Part shown: positions 13,772-25,915 of the stretch, one piece after another
Layout: the number at the start of each line of letters is the position of its first letter
How positions within the stretch are numbered: position 1 is the stretch's first letter
NCBI GenBank assembly: GCA_951406725.2
Contig: OX597821.1
Coordinates: forward strand, 2,356,001 to 2,420,000
DNA: 64,000 nt
Direction of reading: 5' to 3'
Source: Octopus vulgaris
Taxonomy: Eukaryota
The notes under the pieces: model-generated
The model's input: only the letters and a program-made list of their open reading frames with translations
Databases searched by the model: none
What the model was told of the DNA's origin: nothing
Translations under genes and position numbers: made by a program

Positions 13772-16045
13772 TCCTTTGTTTTCTTCTTTCTTATTTGTGT
13801 CTCTCCTTACTAACAGTCAGCCATTTTGTATTTCTATTGTATGTCTTCATTTGCGCATGCTTATATCTCTATGTGCGTCTATGTTTAGTTAGTGTGTGTG
13901 TTGGGGGGATGCCTGTAATATTTGTATCTTCTGTTTATATACGTTCGTGTAATTTGTTTTCGTTGTAGATTTTGTTTATTCTTAATTTGTTCATGTGTTT
14001 AGATCCACTTATTATTATCATTACGTATGCTTGTATGCTTGTATGTATGTATGTATGTATCTATGTATAACAACAATACTAGTAATAATAATAATAAATA
14101 AAAAAACAAAACTTAAAAAAAAAACTTATGTAGTTATTTATTTCTATTTGTTTATTTATCTGTGTATTTTATTTATCATGTTTTCGGTTTTGTTTATATT
14201 GTAACCAGTTTATGGGGATCCTCTACCGTCATATGTTGTGGTGTGTGCTAGTGTTCCATTCCAGTTTCCTATTCAGGCTAGGTTTATTTTCTATTATGTG
14301 TGTAGCTTCTGTAATTTGTCTGATTTTTGCATCTGTTCTATGTGTGGAGAAGATTTTAACTTCTATGTTGTTGATTGATCTCCTATGTTCCTGTTCGGCG
14401 TGTTGGTACAGAATCGATCAGCTTTTACCTTCTTTAAGTTCTCTCCAATGTACATTTACCCGCTCTCCTATGCTTCGTGTAGTTTCCCTACGTATGTCAT
14501 TGTCTTGTTACTGCATCGTCCCTCTATACATCTTATACTATAGACTACATAGTGGTAAAGGCACCCCCGCAAGAGAGTAATGTTGATATAGTAATAGAAA
14601 CTAATACTATGGAAATCATCCAGCAAATAGCTAACTCCGTCCACCAGAGTATTAAGGTCACAATAGACTACCCCTCTAAACACCCCAACCATAGACTACC
14701 AGTACTAGACACAGAAATCTGGCTAGAAACTGTGAATAATAAAACCCAAATCTTTCATTCGTACTATGCCAAACCTATGGCCTCAAAATACATGTTCCAC
14801 CGGATCTCAGCCATTGCGGACAGTGCCAAATTCAATATTTTGATGGCAGACCTCGTCAGAATAATGAGAAATGTGTCACGCATGTGCGAGCCTACAGAGT
14901 TAAAGAGACACATACAATATTTCATTCACCGCATGCAGCTCTCAGGTTACAGCTATAAAGAAAGGATCAGAGTATACAAAGGAGCCATGAACAAATTTGA
15001 TAATATATTATGTAATGAGAGGAATGAGATTTGCCCCCCACTCTATAGGAACAAGTCATGGAACACTATAGAAAGGACAAAGAAGAAAATAGGGAAGGCC
15101 AACTCTTGGTATGATAGCCATAAATACCAGAGTGTCATGTTCGTTGACACCATTCCTGGAGGTGAACTGGCGTACCGCTTTAGAATGACCCAAGACAAAC
15201 TTACCCTTTTAGTAGAACCCCCTGTACGGATAGGTACTGTACTGTGTGTAGATTTAGCCCACAAACAAACTGTAAAGCCAGAAATCTAGTCTATAATATA
15301 AGATGTATAGAGGGACGATGCAGTAACAAGACAACGACATACGTAGGGAAACTGCACGAAGCATAGGAGAGCGGGTAAATGACATTTGAGAGAACTTAAG
15401 GAAGGTAAAAGCTGATCGATTCTGTACCAACACGCCAAACAGGAACACGGGGGATCAATCTACAACATAGAAGTTAAAATCTTGTCCACACATAGAACAG
15501 ATGCAAAAATCAGACAAATTACAGAAGCTACACACATAATAGAAGATAAACCTAGCCTGAATAGGAAACTGGAATGGAACACTAGCACACACCACAACAT
15601 ATGACGGTAGAGGATCCCCATAAACTGGTTACAATATAAACAAAACCGAAAACATAATAAATAAAATACACAGATAAATAAACAAATAGAAATATATAAC
15701 TATATAAGTCGTTTTTTTAAATTAAAAGATTTTTTTTTTATTATTATTATTATTTCTAGTATTGTTGTTATACATAGATACATACAAGCATAAGTAATGA
15801 TAATAATAAGTGGATCTAACACATGAACAAAATAAGAATAAACAAAATCTACAGCAAAAACAAATTACACGAACGTATATAAACAGAAGATACAAATATT
15901 ACAGGCATCCCCCCAACACACACACTAACTAAACATAGACGCACATAGAGATATAAGCATGCGCAAATGAAGACATACAATAGAAATACAAAATGGCTGA
16001 CGGTTAGTAAGGAGAGACACAAATAAGAAAGAAGAAAGCAAAGGA

Positions 16046-16085
16046 CCACTGATGCGGTCACAGGAGTGTGACGAAAGAACTCTGG
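16046..16085 (+). ncRNA. Hammerhead-like motif in PLE 3' UTR
   Basis: CCA CTGATGCG GTCAC-AGGAGT-GTGAC GAAA GAAC TC TGG. Confidence 0.6.
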
Positions 16086-16494
16086 CTGAAATAACATTAA
16101 GATTAATGTAAAAGATAAATAACACTGAAGCAAAATAACACCAAATATATAGTGCGTATATTTTTAATGGCTAAACTGGCAAAATGACCATTCCGAAATA
16201 TAATAATACATGACATAACATTTATGTGACATGACAATTCTTACGTTCGTTTCCGCTTCCAATCTCACTCAGTGCCTACGAAAGATTTGCGAAAATAATA
16301 TTTTCTACTTTCATAAGATATTCGAACTAGAACATGGGGCTTGATCACAGTGAATACAAAACCTTTTGCCTACTAACTTCATACAAACATCATAATTTTA
16401 GACTTAATTGCATGGTTCACGCTTTGAATAGTCATTAATATTATTAATTCTGGTATGAATAATATACCTTTCTCTCTCTTTCTCTTTCTCTCTC

Positions 16495-16581
<87 letters not shown>

Positions 16582-17062
16582 GCCTGCTGACTTATCTTTG
16601 CATTTGTTTTATAATTGAATATTCATGTATGATGTAACAGATTTCGGAGATATAACACCTAATGGGATGTAGAATTTATATTGCTATAATTAGGAGCCGT
16701 TTCGAAGACTTTCAGTTGAAATTGCTGTGATACATATATAATTAAAAACACTGTTAAACTCACGAGGTGTATTGCCTACTAATGGCCAAAACCTTGCTAG
16801 ACAGAGTGCTATTGAGAGTAACAGTATGAAAGCTCAGTTGTAAAATGTAAAATGGGATTATTGCAATATGAGAGCAATATGCGTTTTAGAGTTGGCGTTT
16901 TAACAGCGTAGTCTCAGAGCAAGATTAGGACGCATGTGCACATGGTCATATAACTCCCAGTATACTGCCTTCCTCGTATCGAGATAATTTAAAATCATCC
17001 TCGCAATACTTGAAATTTAAAGCAGTCATGAAAATACATATAACTTTGTGCTAATCGATACA

Positions 17063-17105
<43 letters not shown>

Positions 17106-17106
<1 letters not shown>

Positions 17107-17220
17107 CCTGCTCGCTTAGCAAGCGGGGTGGCTTAATTTGGAGGCTAAAACAATTCGAAGCGCATTGTGACCAGCGATTTGTAACAACATCTGATAACCT
17201 GGTCGATCACAGTGATCACA

Positions 17221-17225
<5 letters not shown>
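17106..17225 (+). mobile_element. 3' fragment of tRNA-Arg-like SINE
   Basis: Matches 41686-41803. Flanked by (TA)n on both sides. Confidence 0.8.
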
Positions 17226-17259
<34 letters not shown>

Positions 17260-18019
17260 AAATATATACATATCTATATGTGAATGTATAAATATACATA
17301 GATATATATGTGTGCATGTTTATATTAGTGTGCATACAAATTTATTGTATATATTTTATATATACACAATCAGTAACCCGTGTACGATCCTGTAAATTGC
17401 TAAAGCACGCGCGCGCAATCACTGCTAGACACATGCACACACACAGAGGATGCGCACATACACACATTTACAAGCAGTCACAGACACACATACGAACATG
17501 GAGTACGTACATGCGTGGGTATGTTGGTAGATGGAGACAAGAAAAGGAGAGTCATGTGAGGCGAAAGGAGACAAAAACCATAAGCAAGAGGAGCAAGAAA
17601 CTTGTAAAAATGGAGTTTAATATTTTTTCTGGTATAGAGTTTAAATTATCGGTGACTTGGAAACATTTAACATTTCATACAGCATATAATTTGTAGTATT
17701 AGGATATTATAGTAATTTGAAGACAAGTTTTATAACTAATAATCATATCTTACATATTCCACAGAATCGTATGTAATTATGTGTATGTATATATTTAGGG
17801 GGTTTCTACAGACATACGTATATATATATATATAAATAAGTGTGTGTGTGAGTGGGTGTGCATGCCTGTGTGTGCTTGTGTATAGACACACATATACATA
17901 TGTATATATGTACGTACATATGTGTATATCATACACACATATATACTACTGACACAAACAGAAGTGTTTCTTATCTATATATGATTATCTATATTTATAC
18001 ACGCATGCGTATACATAAT

Positions 18020-18072
<53 letters not shown>

Positions 18073-18735
18073 GTATATATATGTGTGTGTGTGTGTATGT
18101 GTATATAAATACTCATAAATATTATATGCATACATACACACACATATTTATGTGTGTGTGTATATCCATACGTTCGTGCATAGACATGTCAAAGGTTGGT
18201 GTTTACAGGACCACATCGTATCACTTTCAATTGATATGCTATACGGCCGATAATGTCAATCCTACTTTTGTCTTATTCATGATTTCTGCTATTATTATTT
18301 TCTTTTTGACAGTCTGATTATGGGAAGAGAATATAGACACCACGAGCGTGCAGAACAATATAGATATAGACTACAAGTGTAAGTACAATAATTGTTTTAG
18401 GAAACATTGACATCATACATACATAACGAGCGAGATTTCTTCACGTGAATCCGTGCGCTTACATCTTCCGATTGCTATCTATGTACAAGATGGAAATCTC
18501 ACGTTTATTCACACAAATATTTATTCCTGAATTATTACTTTCGAATTTCACACATTCATTGTCTTATAGAGTTTCGGGGTTGACAAATTCAATTGTCCGT
18601 TTCATTACACTAAACACGATACTCGATTCTCCATTATAAGCATGTAATTTAGCTACAGCAAATCTTTAATTTGTGTGTGCGTATATATATGTGTGTGTGT
18701 GTGTGTGTATTATATATATTATATAACATACATGC

Positions 18736-18770
<35 letters not shown>

Positions 18771-18826
18771 TGTATGTATGTATGTATGTATGTATGTATG
18801 TATGTATATATATATATATATGTATG

Positions 18827-18887
<61 letters not shown>

Positions 18888-19300
18888 GTTATGTGTATAA
18901 TTAATAATATCAGGCTAATAAAAGTTTTTGAATTCTCTACTACCATTGGCCTAGCGTGTAGAAAAATTAGTCAATGGACTGTATATTATTCATATAAATA
19001 TAATGTACATTTAAACACATAAGAGGTATCCGTCATAGAATCCTGGCACGCTAGAAGAAACAGCCAAAATCCAAACGACTATTAGGGAGAATCCTCGAAG
19101 TGAATGAAAAATAAAAACATTTACCATCTATCTCCTGGACTATGTTTTCTGACTTTTTTTTAGCAAATTATATAATTTGCAAGACTTCGATAAATAAAGT
19201 CAGAAACCATGGTCCAGGAGATAGATGGTAAATGCCTTTATTTTTCATTCCCTTCGAGGTTATATATATATATACGGGGTTATATATATATATACGGGTG

Positions 19301-19714
19301 TGTATGTTCTACCTGAGAGGTTCCTGCTGGCACGGAAAGGAAGGTGCAGGCTGCCGCTTTGCACATCGGGGACCCTGCCACAGAGACACGAGGCAGATGG
19401 ACAAACCATCAACACAAAGAAAAGGGATGGACTACGCACCACCTGCCCCAAAGCGGAGGTACGCAGATGTTGTGCGCGCCACAAACAGCCAACATGATGT
19501 TGTCGAAAGAGCAGTTGCTGAGCAACAATCTTTTTTGTGCATGGCACAAAAGATTGTACAGCAGCTGACCTGGCTTCATCAAACCCAAGCCCGCAGGTGG
19601 GACTACCCACTATATACCAGACCACCACAGCAAACAGACACAGGATGGACACCGCCGGCAACACCTCACCTCGATACTCCTACTGAACATCAGAGGACTG
19701 CAAACACTCAGTAA
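19301..19714 (+). CDS. C-terminal remnant of LINE ORF1 with CCCH-type zinc finger
   Basis: CMFYLRGSCWHGKEGAGCRFAH. The upstream part of the track ORF is flanking (TA)n sequence. Confidence 0.65.
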   Translation, partial: CMFYLRGSCWHGKEGAGCRFAHRGPCHRDTRQMDKPSTQRKGMDYAPPAPKRRYADVVRATNSQHDVVERAVAEQQSFLCMAQKIVQQLTWLHQTQARRWDYPLYTRPPQQTDTGWTPPATPHLDTPTEHQRTANTQ

Positions 19715-22634
19715 CAGGACAAAGATCCCGTTCCTGAGAGACTTTGTTGCATGCAATCAAGCCTTATGCATAGCACTTACAGAAACGCACCTGAAACCGG
19801 ACATAGCAGATGCGGAGTTACACATACCACAGTATGCTGTACTACGGACCGACAGGAAAGAAAGGAGTCATGGAGGTGTTGCTATGTACATCCGTGAGGA
19901 CCTCACACCCCAGGTCCTCTTGTCATACTCAAACTCGGTGTGTGACACACTAATTGTACATATTAGGCAACTTGATGTAGTTGTGTGTGCTACATATCGC
20001 CCTCCAGATGCCCCAAGCCATGTGGGCAAGTTCGAAGACTGCCTTATAAAAATAGAAGAAATTCTAACCACATTAGAACAACACATAGGTGTGCTTCTTA
20101 TGGGAGACTTCAATCTGCCCAATGTCAGATGGCCCGAGGGCCTTTCTCTCCCAGGAATGACAAGATGTGAACGAGGACAGGCGAGGTCCCTCCTGAACCT
20201 CATCAACACCCTGTACATGGAGCAGGTAATACTCCAACCAACCAGGGCAGGTAACACACTGGATCTCTGCTTCACAAATGACATGGATCTCATCCATAAT
20301 GTGAAAGTGACACCGACACTACTCTCGGATCACAACATGATAGAGCTGACCATGTACGGGCCAAAAGAGAGCACGGACATGCAGCCTACAAGAAACCCTC
20401 AAAATCTTTCCAGCTTGAACTACCATAAGGCAAACTGGAAACAAATTGAGAAAGAGATCCTCAAACAAAACTGGCCTGAATGTCTCTCCTCGCCAGACAT
20501 CGATGTGAAACTTCAACAATTCATGTCTGTAATGCAAGCCATATGCTACAAATGTGTCCCAGAGAGAAAGGCCACTGTACACAAGAACAAAATCCCCAGA
20601 GAGAGGAAAATTTTAATGAGACGGCGTACGAAATTTTCAAATCGCCTAAACAAACAGATTGAAAGCAGTGAAAAGTCCCGCCTGAAAATAAAACTGTTGG
20701 AAATCGAAAAATGTCTGCAACTCTCCCATGAAAAAGAAAGAGCAGACAAAGAAGCCTGGGCTATAGAAAACATAAAATCTAACCCCAGAGCTTTCTACAG
20801 GTATGCCAAAGAAACAGCTACAGTGCACTGTAGAATAGGGCCACTCCTTGAAAAGGATGGCACACTTACAGGAAAACCAATGAGGGTAAGTGAAATACTG
20901 AATGAGCAATTCAAGAGTGTTTTCACTCCACCAATTGGGCATCTCCAAATCACCAATCCAACTGACTTTTTTACCACTGCAGATATAAAATCAGAGGCGG
21001 CGACGATAGATTACATCGATATAAAGGAAGACGATGTAACCAAGGCTATAGATGAAATGAAAACAGACTCAGCTACTGGCCCCGATGGATTCCCGGCAAT
21101 CCTCCTAAAAGCATGTAAGAGAGTCCTAGCAAGACCACTGCAGTTCCTCTTTCAGAGCTTCCTTGCAGCTGGCAAACTTCCAGGAAAACTGAAGGAAGGT
21201 AAAATATGCCCCATTCATAAAGGAGGTAGCAGAGCGGAAGCCAAGAACTATAGACCTATCTCTCTGACCTCACACATCAGCAAGGTCATGGAACGAATAG
21301 TCAGAAGGAAGCTGATCACCTTCCTTGAAGAGAATGACCTGCTGCCCGACACCCAACATGGTTTCCGACCAGGGAGATGCTGTTTAACTCAGCTCCTACA
21401 ACACTATGACTGGGTGCTGAAACGGCTGCTCAACCACTCAAATGTGGAAGTGATATATCTCGACTTTGCAAAGGCCTTTGATAAAGTCGATCATGGAATG
21501 ATATGTCACAAACTGCGTGATCTCAACATAGTTGGAAAACTAGGAGAATGGCTTCATGACTTTCTGAAGGATAGAAGTCAGGTGGTAGTAGCCAATGGGG
21601 CCACCTCCATTAACACACAAATAGTGAGCGGTGTTCCGCAGGGCACTGTTCTGGGACCACTACTGTTCATAATGGCCCTCTCAGACATGCCCTCAGCCAC
21701 GCAGAGAGCCACGATCACAAGTTATGCAGATGATACAAAAGTCTCACAGGCAATACAGAACCCTGAGGACACTAAACACCTGCAATGTGAGCTGGACGAA
21801 ATATACAAGTGGGCTGAAAAGAATAGCATGCAGTTCAATGCTGGAAAGTTTCAAGCTTTATACTATCAGCATGCAAAACTAAATGCAATACCCAATGAAT
21901 ACACTGGACCCGGAGGGATTGCAATCCCAGAGGCACAATCAGTGCGTGACCTTGGTATTCACATGAAAGATGACGCGACCTTTCATGTACATGTTGCTAA
22001 ACTGACAATGAAATGTAGACGGCTGGCTGGATGGATTCTTAGAACCTTTAGAACAAGAGAACAAGAAACCATGATGGTCCTCTGGAAGACACTTGTCCTA
22101 AGCCACTTTGACTATTGCTCTCAGCTATGGTCACCATCCAGTGTCAAGTTGATCACAGAACTTGAGGCGATCCAACGAAGCTACACAAAGAAGATAGCCT
22201 CTATACAGAATGTAAGCTACTGGGAAAGACTCAAGAGATTAAAATTATATTCCCTGGAGCGTAGGCGGGAAAGATATGCCATAATATACATCTGGAAGAT
22301 CCTGGAGGGAAGTGTCCTGAACTTTGGCATCGAGAGTTACGCAAATGCCAGAACTGGGCGCCACTGCGTGGTGCCTAGGACTCCAAACCTGCCATCAAGA
22401 TGTAGGACAAGATTCTGTGATAGCCTGGGCTTCCGAGGCCCACAGCTCTTCAATATCCTCCCGAAGAACCTGAGAGACCTGCATGGGGTGGATACAAATG
22501 TCTTTAAAATGAAGCTGGATCTTTTCCTGTCAGGTGTCCCAGATGAACCAACTTCACGGCAGGAGGGGCAGATGAGGGCAGCTGCATCGAACTCTCTCAT
22601 GCACCAAATAGCAGTTGCTAGAAAGCCTCCATGA
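19569..22634 (+). CDS. LINE ORF2: apurinic-like endonuclease + reverse transcriptase
   Basis: The frame is open from the stop at 19568, upstream of the ATG at 19884. Motifs: LLNIRGL, ALTETHL, GGV, YRPP, GDFN, LDL, SDH (EN); NYRPISL, QHGF, YLDFAKAFDKV, GVPQGTVLGP, YADD (RT). Confidence 0.95.
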   Translation, partial: PGFIKPKPAGGTTHYIPDHHSKQTQDGHRRQHLTSILLLNIRGLQTLSNRTKIPFLRDFVACNQALCIALTETHLKPDIADAELHIPQYAVLRTDRKERSHGGVAMYIREDLTPQVLLSYSNSVCDTLIVHIRQLDVVVCATYRPPDAPSHVGKFEDCLIKIEEILTTLEQHIGVLLMGDFNLPNVRWPEGLSLPGMTRCERGQARSLLNLINTLYMEQVILQPTRAGNTLDLCFTNDMDLIHNVKVTPTLLSDHNMIELTMYGPKESTDMQPTRNPQNLSSLNYHKANWKQIEKEILKQNWPECLSSPDIDVKLQQFMSVMQAICYKCVPERKATVHKNKIPRERKILMRRRTKFSNRLNKQIESSEKSRLKIKLLEIEKCLQLSHEKERADKEAWAIENIKSNPRAFYRYAKETATVHCRIGPLLEKDGTLTGKPMRVSEILNEQFKSVFTPPIGHLQITNPTDFFTTADIKSEAATIDYIDIKEDDVTKAIDEMKTDSATGPDGFPAILLKACKRVLARPLQFLFQSFLAAGKLPGKLKEGKICPIHKGGSRAEAKNYRPISLTSHISKVMERIVRRKLITFLEENDLLPDTQHGFRPGRCCLTQLLQHYDWVLKRLLNHSNVEVIYLDFAKAFDKVDHGMICHKLRDLNIVGKLGEWLHDFLKDRSQVVVANGATSINTQIVSGVPQGTVLGPLLFIMALSDMPSATQRATITSYADDTKVSQAIQNPEDTKHLQCELDEIYKWAEKNSMQFNAGKFQALYYQHAKLNAIPNEYTGPGGIAIPEAQSVRDLGIHMKDDATFHVHVAKLTMKCRRLAGWILRTFRTREQETMMVLWKTLVLSHFDYCSQLWSPSSVKLITELEAIQRSYTKKIASIQNVSYWERLKRLKLYSLERRRERYAIIYIWKILEGSVLNFGIESYANARTGRHCVVPRTPNLPSRCRTRFCDSLGFRGPQLFNILPKNLRDLHGVDTNVFKMKLDLFLSGVPDEPTSRQEGQMRAAASNSLMHQIAVARKPP

Positions 22635-22917
22635 AGTGAAACCAAGTAGCAACACCAAATGGCGGTGCCCCAGCATGGCCACAGCTCATAAGCTGAAACT
22701 AGAATCAATCAATCAATCAATCAATCAATCATGTATGTATTTATACACAAATGCATACATACATATAAATATGAATATGTAGACAAATATATGTATAAAT
22801 GAGTGTGTACAATTACATAGTTGCTGGTCGTGGGTGTGTAAACTTATTTAAATTCTAGGCCATATATTATCATTTCATGTCAGTAATATTTATTTCGCAT
22901 TATCATCTTTGCATTTA

Positions 22918-23575
22918 TGGCGACGACTTGTCGGATTCGTTAGCACAGCGGTGAAAATGCTTAGTGGTATTTCATGTGTCTTTACATTCCAGCGTGGTTG
23001 ACTTTGACGCTCATCTTATTGGAGGTCGATAAATGAAGTACCAGCTGAGCAATAGGGTCCTTGTAATCGACTTACTTCCTCTGCCGAAATTACTTGTTTT
23101 TTGAAGACACTATTATCTTTGTATTTGAGGCGATGAGTTGGCAGAAAGTGTCGCACCCCGGAAAAAATGCTTAGCAGCATTTTGTCCGTTTTCATCTTCT
23201 TAGTTCCAATACCGCGGGGATCGACATTGCTTTTCATCCTTTCGAGGTCGATCAAAAAAAGTACCAGTTGCACGCTGGTGTCCATGCCATCCGCTATCAC
23301 CTTCCAACCAAAAATATCAGGCCTCGTGCCTATTAGAAAAGAAATATTATTTTTATGAGCTGGCAGAGACGTTGGTGCGCCGGGCGAGATGCTTTTCGTC
23401 TGTCTTTATGTTCTGAGTTCAAATTTTGCCGAGGTCGACTTTGACTTTCATCCTTTAGGATCGATAAATTAGATGATAGTTACGCACTGGGGTCGGTGTG
23501 GTTGACTTAATCCCTTTGTCTGTCCTTGTTTGTCCCCTCTGTGTTTGGCCCCCTTGCGGCCAATAAGGAAATAAG
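22918..23575 (+). mobile_element. Three tandem copies of a tRNA-derived SINE with Meta-like central domain
   Basis: Repeated gagctggcaga..aaatgcttag..ttctgagttcaaat..gtcgactttg..tttcatccttt..gtcgataaa..gtaccag at about 22918, 23128 and 23357. Confidence 0.8.
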
Positions 23576-24404
23576 TTATAACCATCATCACCATCGTTGT
23601 TCTGCTCCTCTTCCTCCTCCTCACCGCCACTGCCTCCACCTCCATCATCATCATCGTCGTCATATTGATTTACTGTTACTATTCATTTCAATGCGTAGAC
23701 AACAATCCTTATCAACGTTGAAAAATATTTCTTCGTCCCATTTTTATTCATCATCATCACAACCAGCAAGACCAGAATCACCTCCACAATGACGACGACT
23801 ACCAGCATCACCACTACCAACATCCCTCCTCCTCCTCCTCATTATCATCATCATCATCATCATCATCATCACCATCTTCGACTTAATCACTAATATTAAT
23901 TCATTACCACAGTGTTTATCTTCATATTGTAATTGTCGCCCTTGCTTCTTCTAAAGTTGATATCGCTGCTGCTGCTGCTGCAGTTGCCGCTGCTGGTATA
24001 TAGATCTCTATTTCGTCATGTGTTTGTTATTACATTCTGCTCTGTACTGAGGTGTGGCCATTCTTAATGATAGATTTGCCTCGTAATTATATTACAGAAC
24101 CATACAACGCACTTACATTAAATAATCATTCTTACAACGTTCAATATTATCATTAGACAGGAAAACATAATAACCCATAATAGAAATCTATTTTGTTTTT
24201 ACTTTTTCTAATTCCCTTTGTTTCCGTCTTTCTCTACATCAATATCAATATGAAAAACTCATATCTTCATTATATTATACAGTCACAGTTAATACAAATT
24301 GGAGAAGCCATTAGAAGGAAAAGGCGGAACAAGATTCTGAAAGCGATTCATATTTTCCCTGATAATACGCGACCGCGTATAAGAGCCTTACACACCAGGA
24401 AATA

Positions 24405-24834
24405 ATGGGTTGTCCGGAAAGTTCGTGCCGATTTATAGTAGCTTACCTTCCGACTTATTTTAGAACATGGTTGAGTCCATAAATTAGGATTTGATAAGAA
24501 AGTTCATATTCGGCACTTGATGATTTGGGAACAGCTCGGCCTGGATGTGTTACCCCACCCTCCATATTCACCAGATATTGCTTCTTCGGATTTCCACTTA
24601 TTCAGGTCTCTGCTGAATAATCTTAACGGTAAAAATTTCAATTCCTTGGATGACGTAAAAAGATACCTTGATGAATTCTTTGCCATGAAACCACCTTGAT
24701 TCTGGGAGGAGGGTATTTTCAAGTTAAAGGAAAGATGGAGACGCATTGTGCAAATGTAATGTAATGTAATGGCAAGTATTTATTGACCTTTTTCCTTCCT
24801 TTAAAAATCGGCATGAACTTTCCGGACAACCCCA
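24405..24834 (+). mobile_element. Internally deleted mariner with intact TIRs
   Basis: About 30-bp TIRs (gggttgtccggaaagttc(g/a)tgccgattt), TA flanks, and HPPYSPDIASSDFHLF in ORF 24517-24699. Confidence 0.92.
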
Positions 24835-25155
24835 TAGATAAATTGGGATGGTGTCAGATTCATCGTCTGCTGTCCTTGAATTTGTATCTTCTGGAGGACA
24901 GCAATTTGATAACAGCCCAGAGGCAAAAGTGAATTTGGACAAGGATATTCAGTAGGACACATCAGAAGATTTTCAAATGGTTCTACATAGATGGATTCAA
25001 AAGGCAAAACAAATGCTGCACTTCAGATGAAGACTATGTTGAATTTTATACTTGAATAGATAACGAGTTTAAACAATCTGAATCAGTTCATAGAGATATC
25101 ATATACATTCTCCACGTACTTTTGTTACATCTTTGCTATGTATAGGTGAAGATAA

Positions 25156-25360
25156 AGGCGGTGAGCTGGCAGAGTCGTTAACGCGTCGGGCAAAATGCTT
25201 AGCAGCATTTGATCCGACTTTTCGTTAAAATTTTACGAAGGTTTGATTTATCATTTATCCTTTGCGTATCGGTAAAATAAGCACCGGTGGAACACTTCAA
25301 TCGATCTAATCGATCAATCGCTCTCTCGAAATGACAGGCTGTGTGTCAAAATTTGAAAGC
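25156..25360 (+). mobile_element. Meta-like tRNA SINE
   Basis: ggcggtgagctggcagagtcgttaacgcgtcgggcaaaatgcttagc head. Confidence 0.75.
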
Positions 25361-25869
25361 AATATATAGCTATGCATACTGTGGTTCCATCTGCCGTTGG
25401 TGACTAGTGGAACCTGTGTTGACTATAGATTTCAAATAAGATAACATCGTATTTGAGACTTGTCGTGTACCTCAGAGTACTGTATGTGAGAGCTACAGGT
25501 TTGTAAAATATATTAAGCATATATATGCGTACGTATATACATAAATTCATTCATAAATGAATGCATAAACACAAATATTGAAATATGCCGAACGACAGAA
25601 GAGGGAATGCATTGGGATTTGATCTTGGCGGGAAATTGAAGTGGCGAAGTAAAACTTCAGATTTTAAAAAATTATGTCTGTCTGTCTGTCTCTCTCTCTG
25701 TCTCTCCCTCTCTCTGTGTGTCTCACTCTCTTCACACACGAAACACACATACACTAACTTTTATATACATACATACCTGCATGATTATGTAAATGCTAGC
25801 AAATATATGTATGTGTGAGTGGGTCGGTGTATATATATATGTATGTATATATATATATATATGTGTGTG

Positions 25870-25915
<46 letters not shown>

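Larger units (their letters stand above)
13311..16207 (+). mobile_element. Naiad-like Penelope-like element: 5'-truncated RT-thumb/GIY-YIG body with a ~920-bp inverted copy of its 3' end
   Basis: ORF 14552-15289 has DYP..LPVLD, YYAKPMAS, RIMRN, LSGY. A frameshifted continuation gives CxxxxCxxC, NLVYNIRC, YVG(E)TARSIGER, HxxxxH, NRKLEWN. 13626-14547 is the reverse complement of ~15287-16207. Confidence 0.85.
19301..22730 (+). mobile_element. 5'-truncated CR1-group LINE
   Basis: Partial ORF1, uninterrupted EN+RT frame, short 3' UTR with stem-loop and (AATC)n tail. Possible TGTATGT target duplication at 19301-19307 / 22732-22738. Confidence 0.95.
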
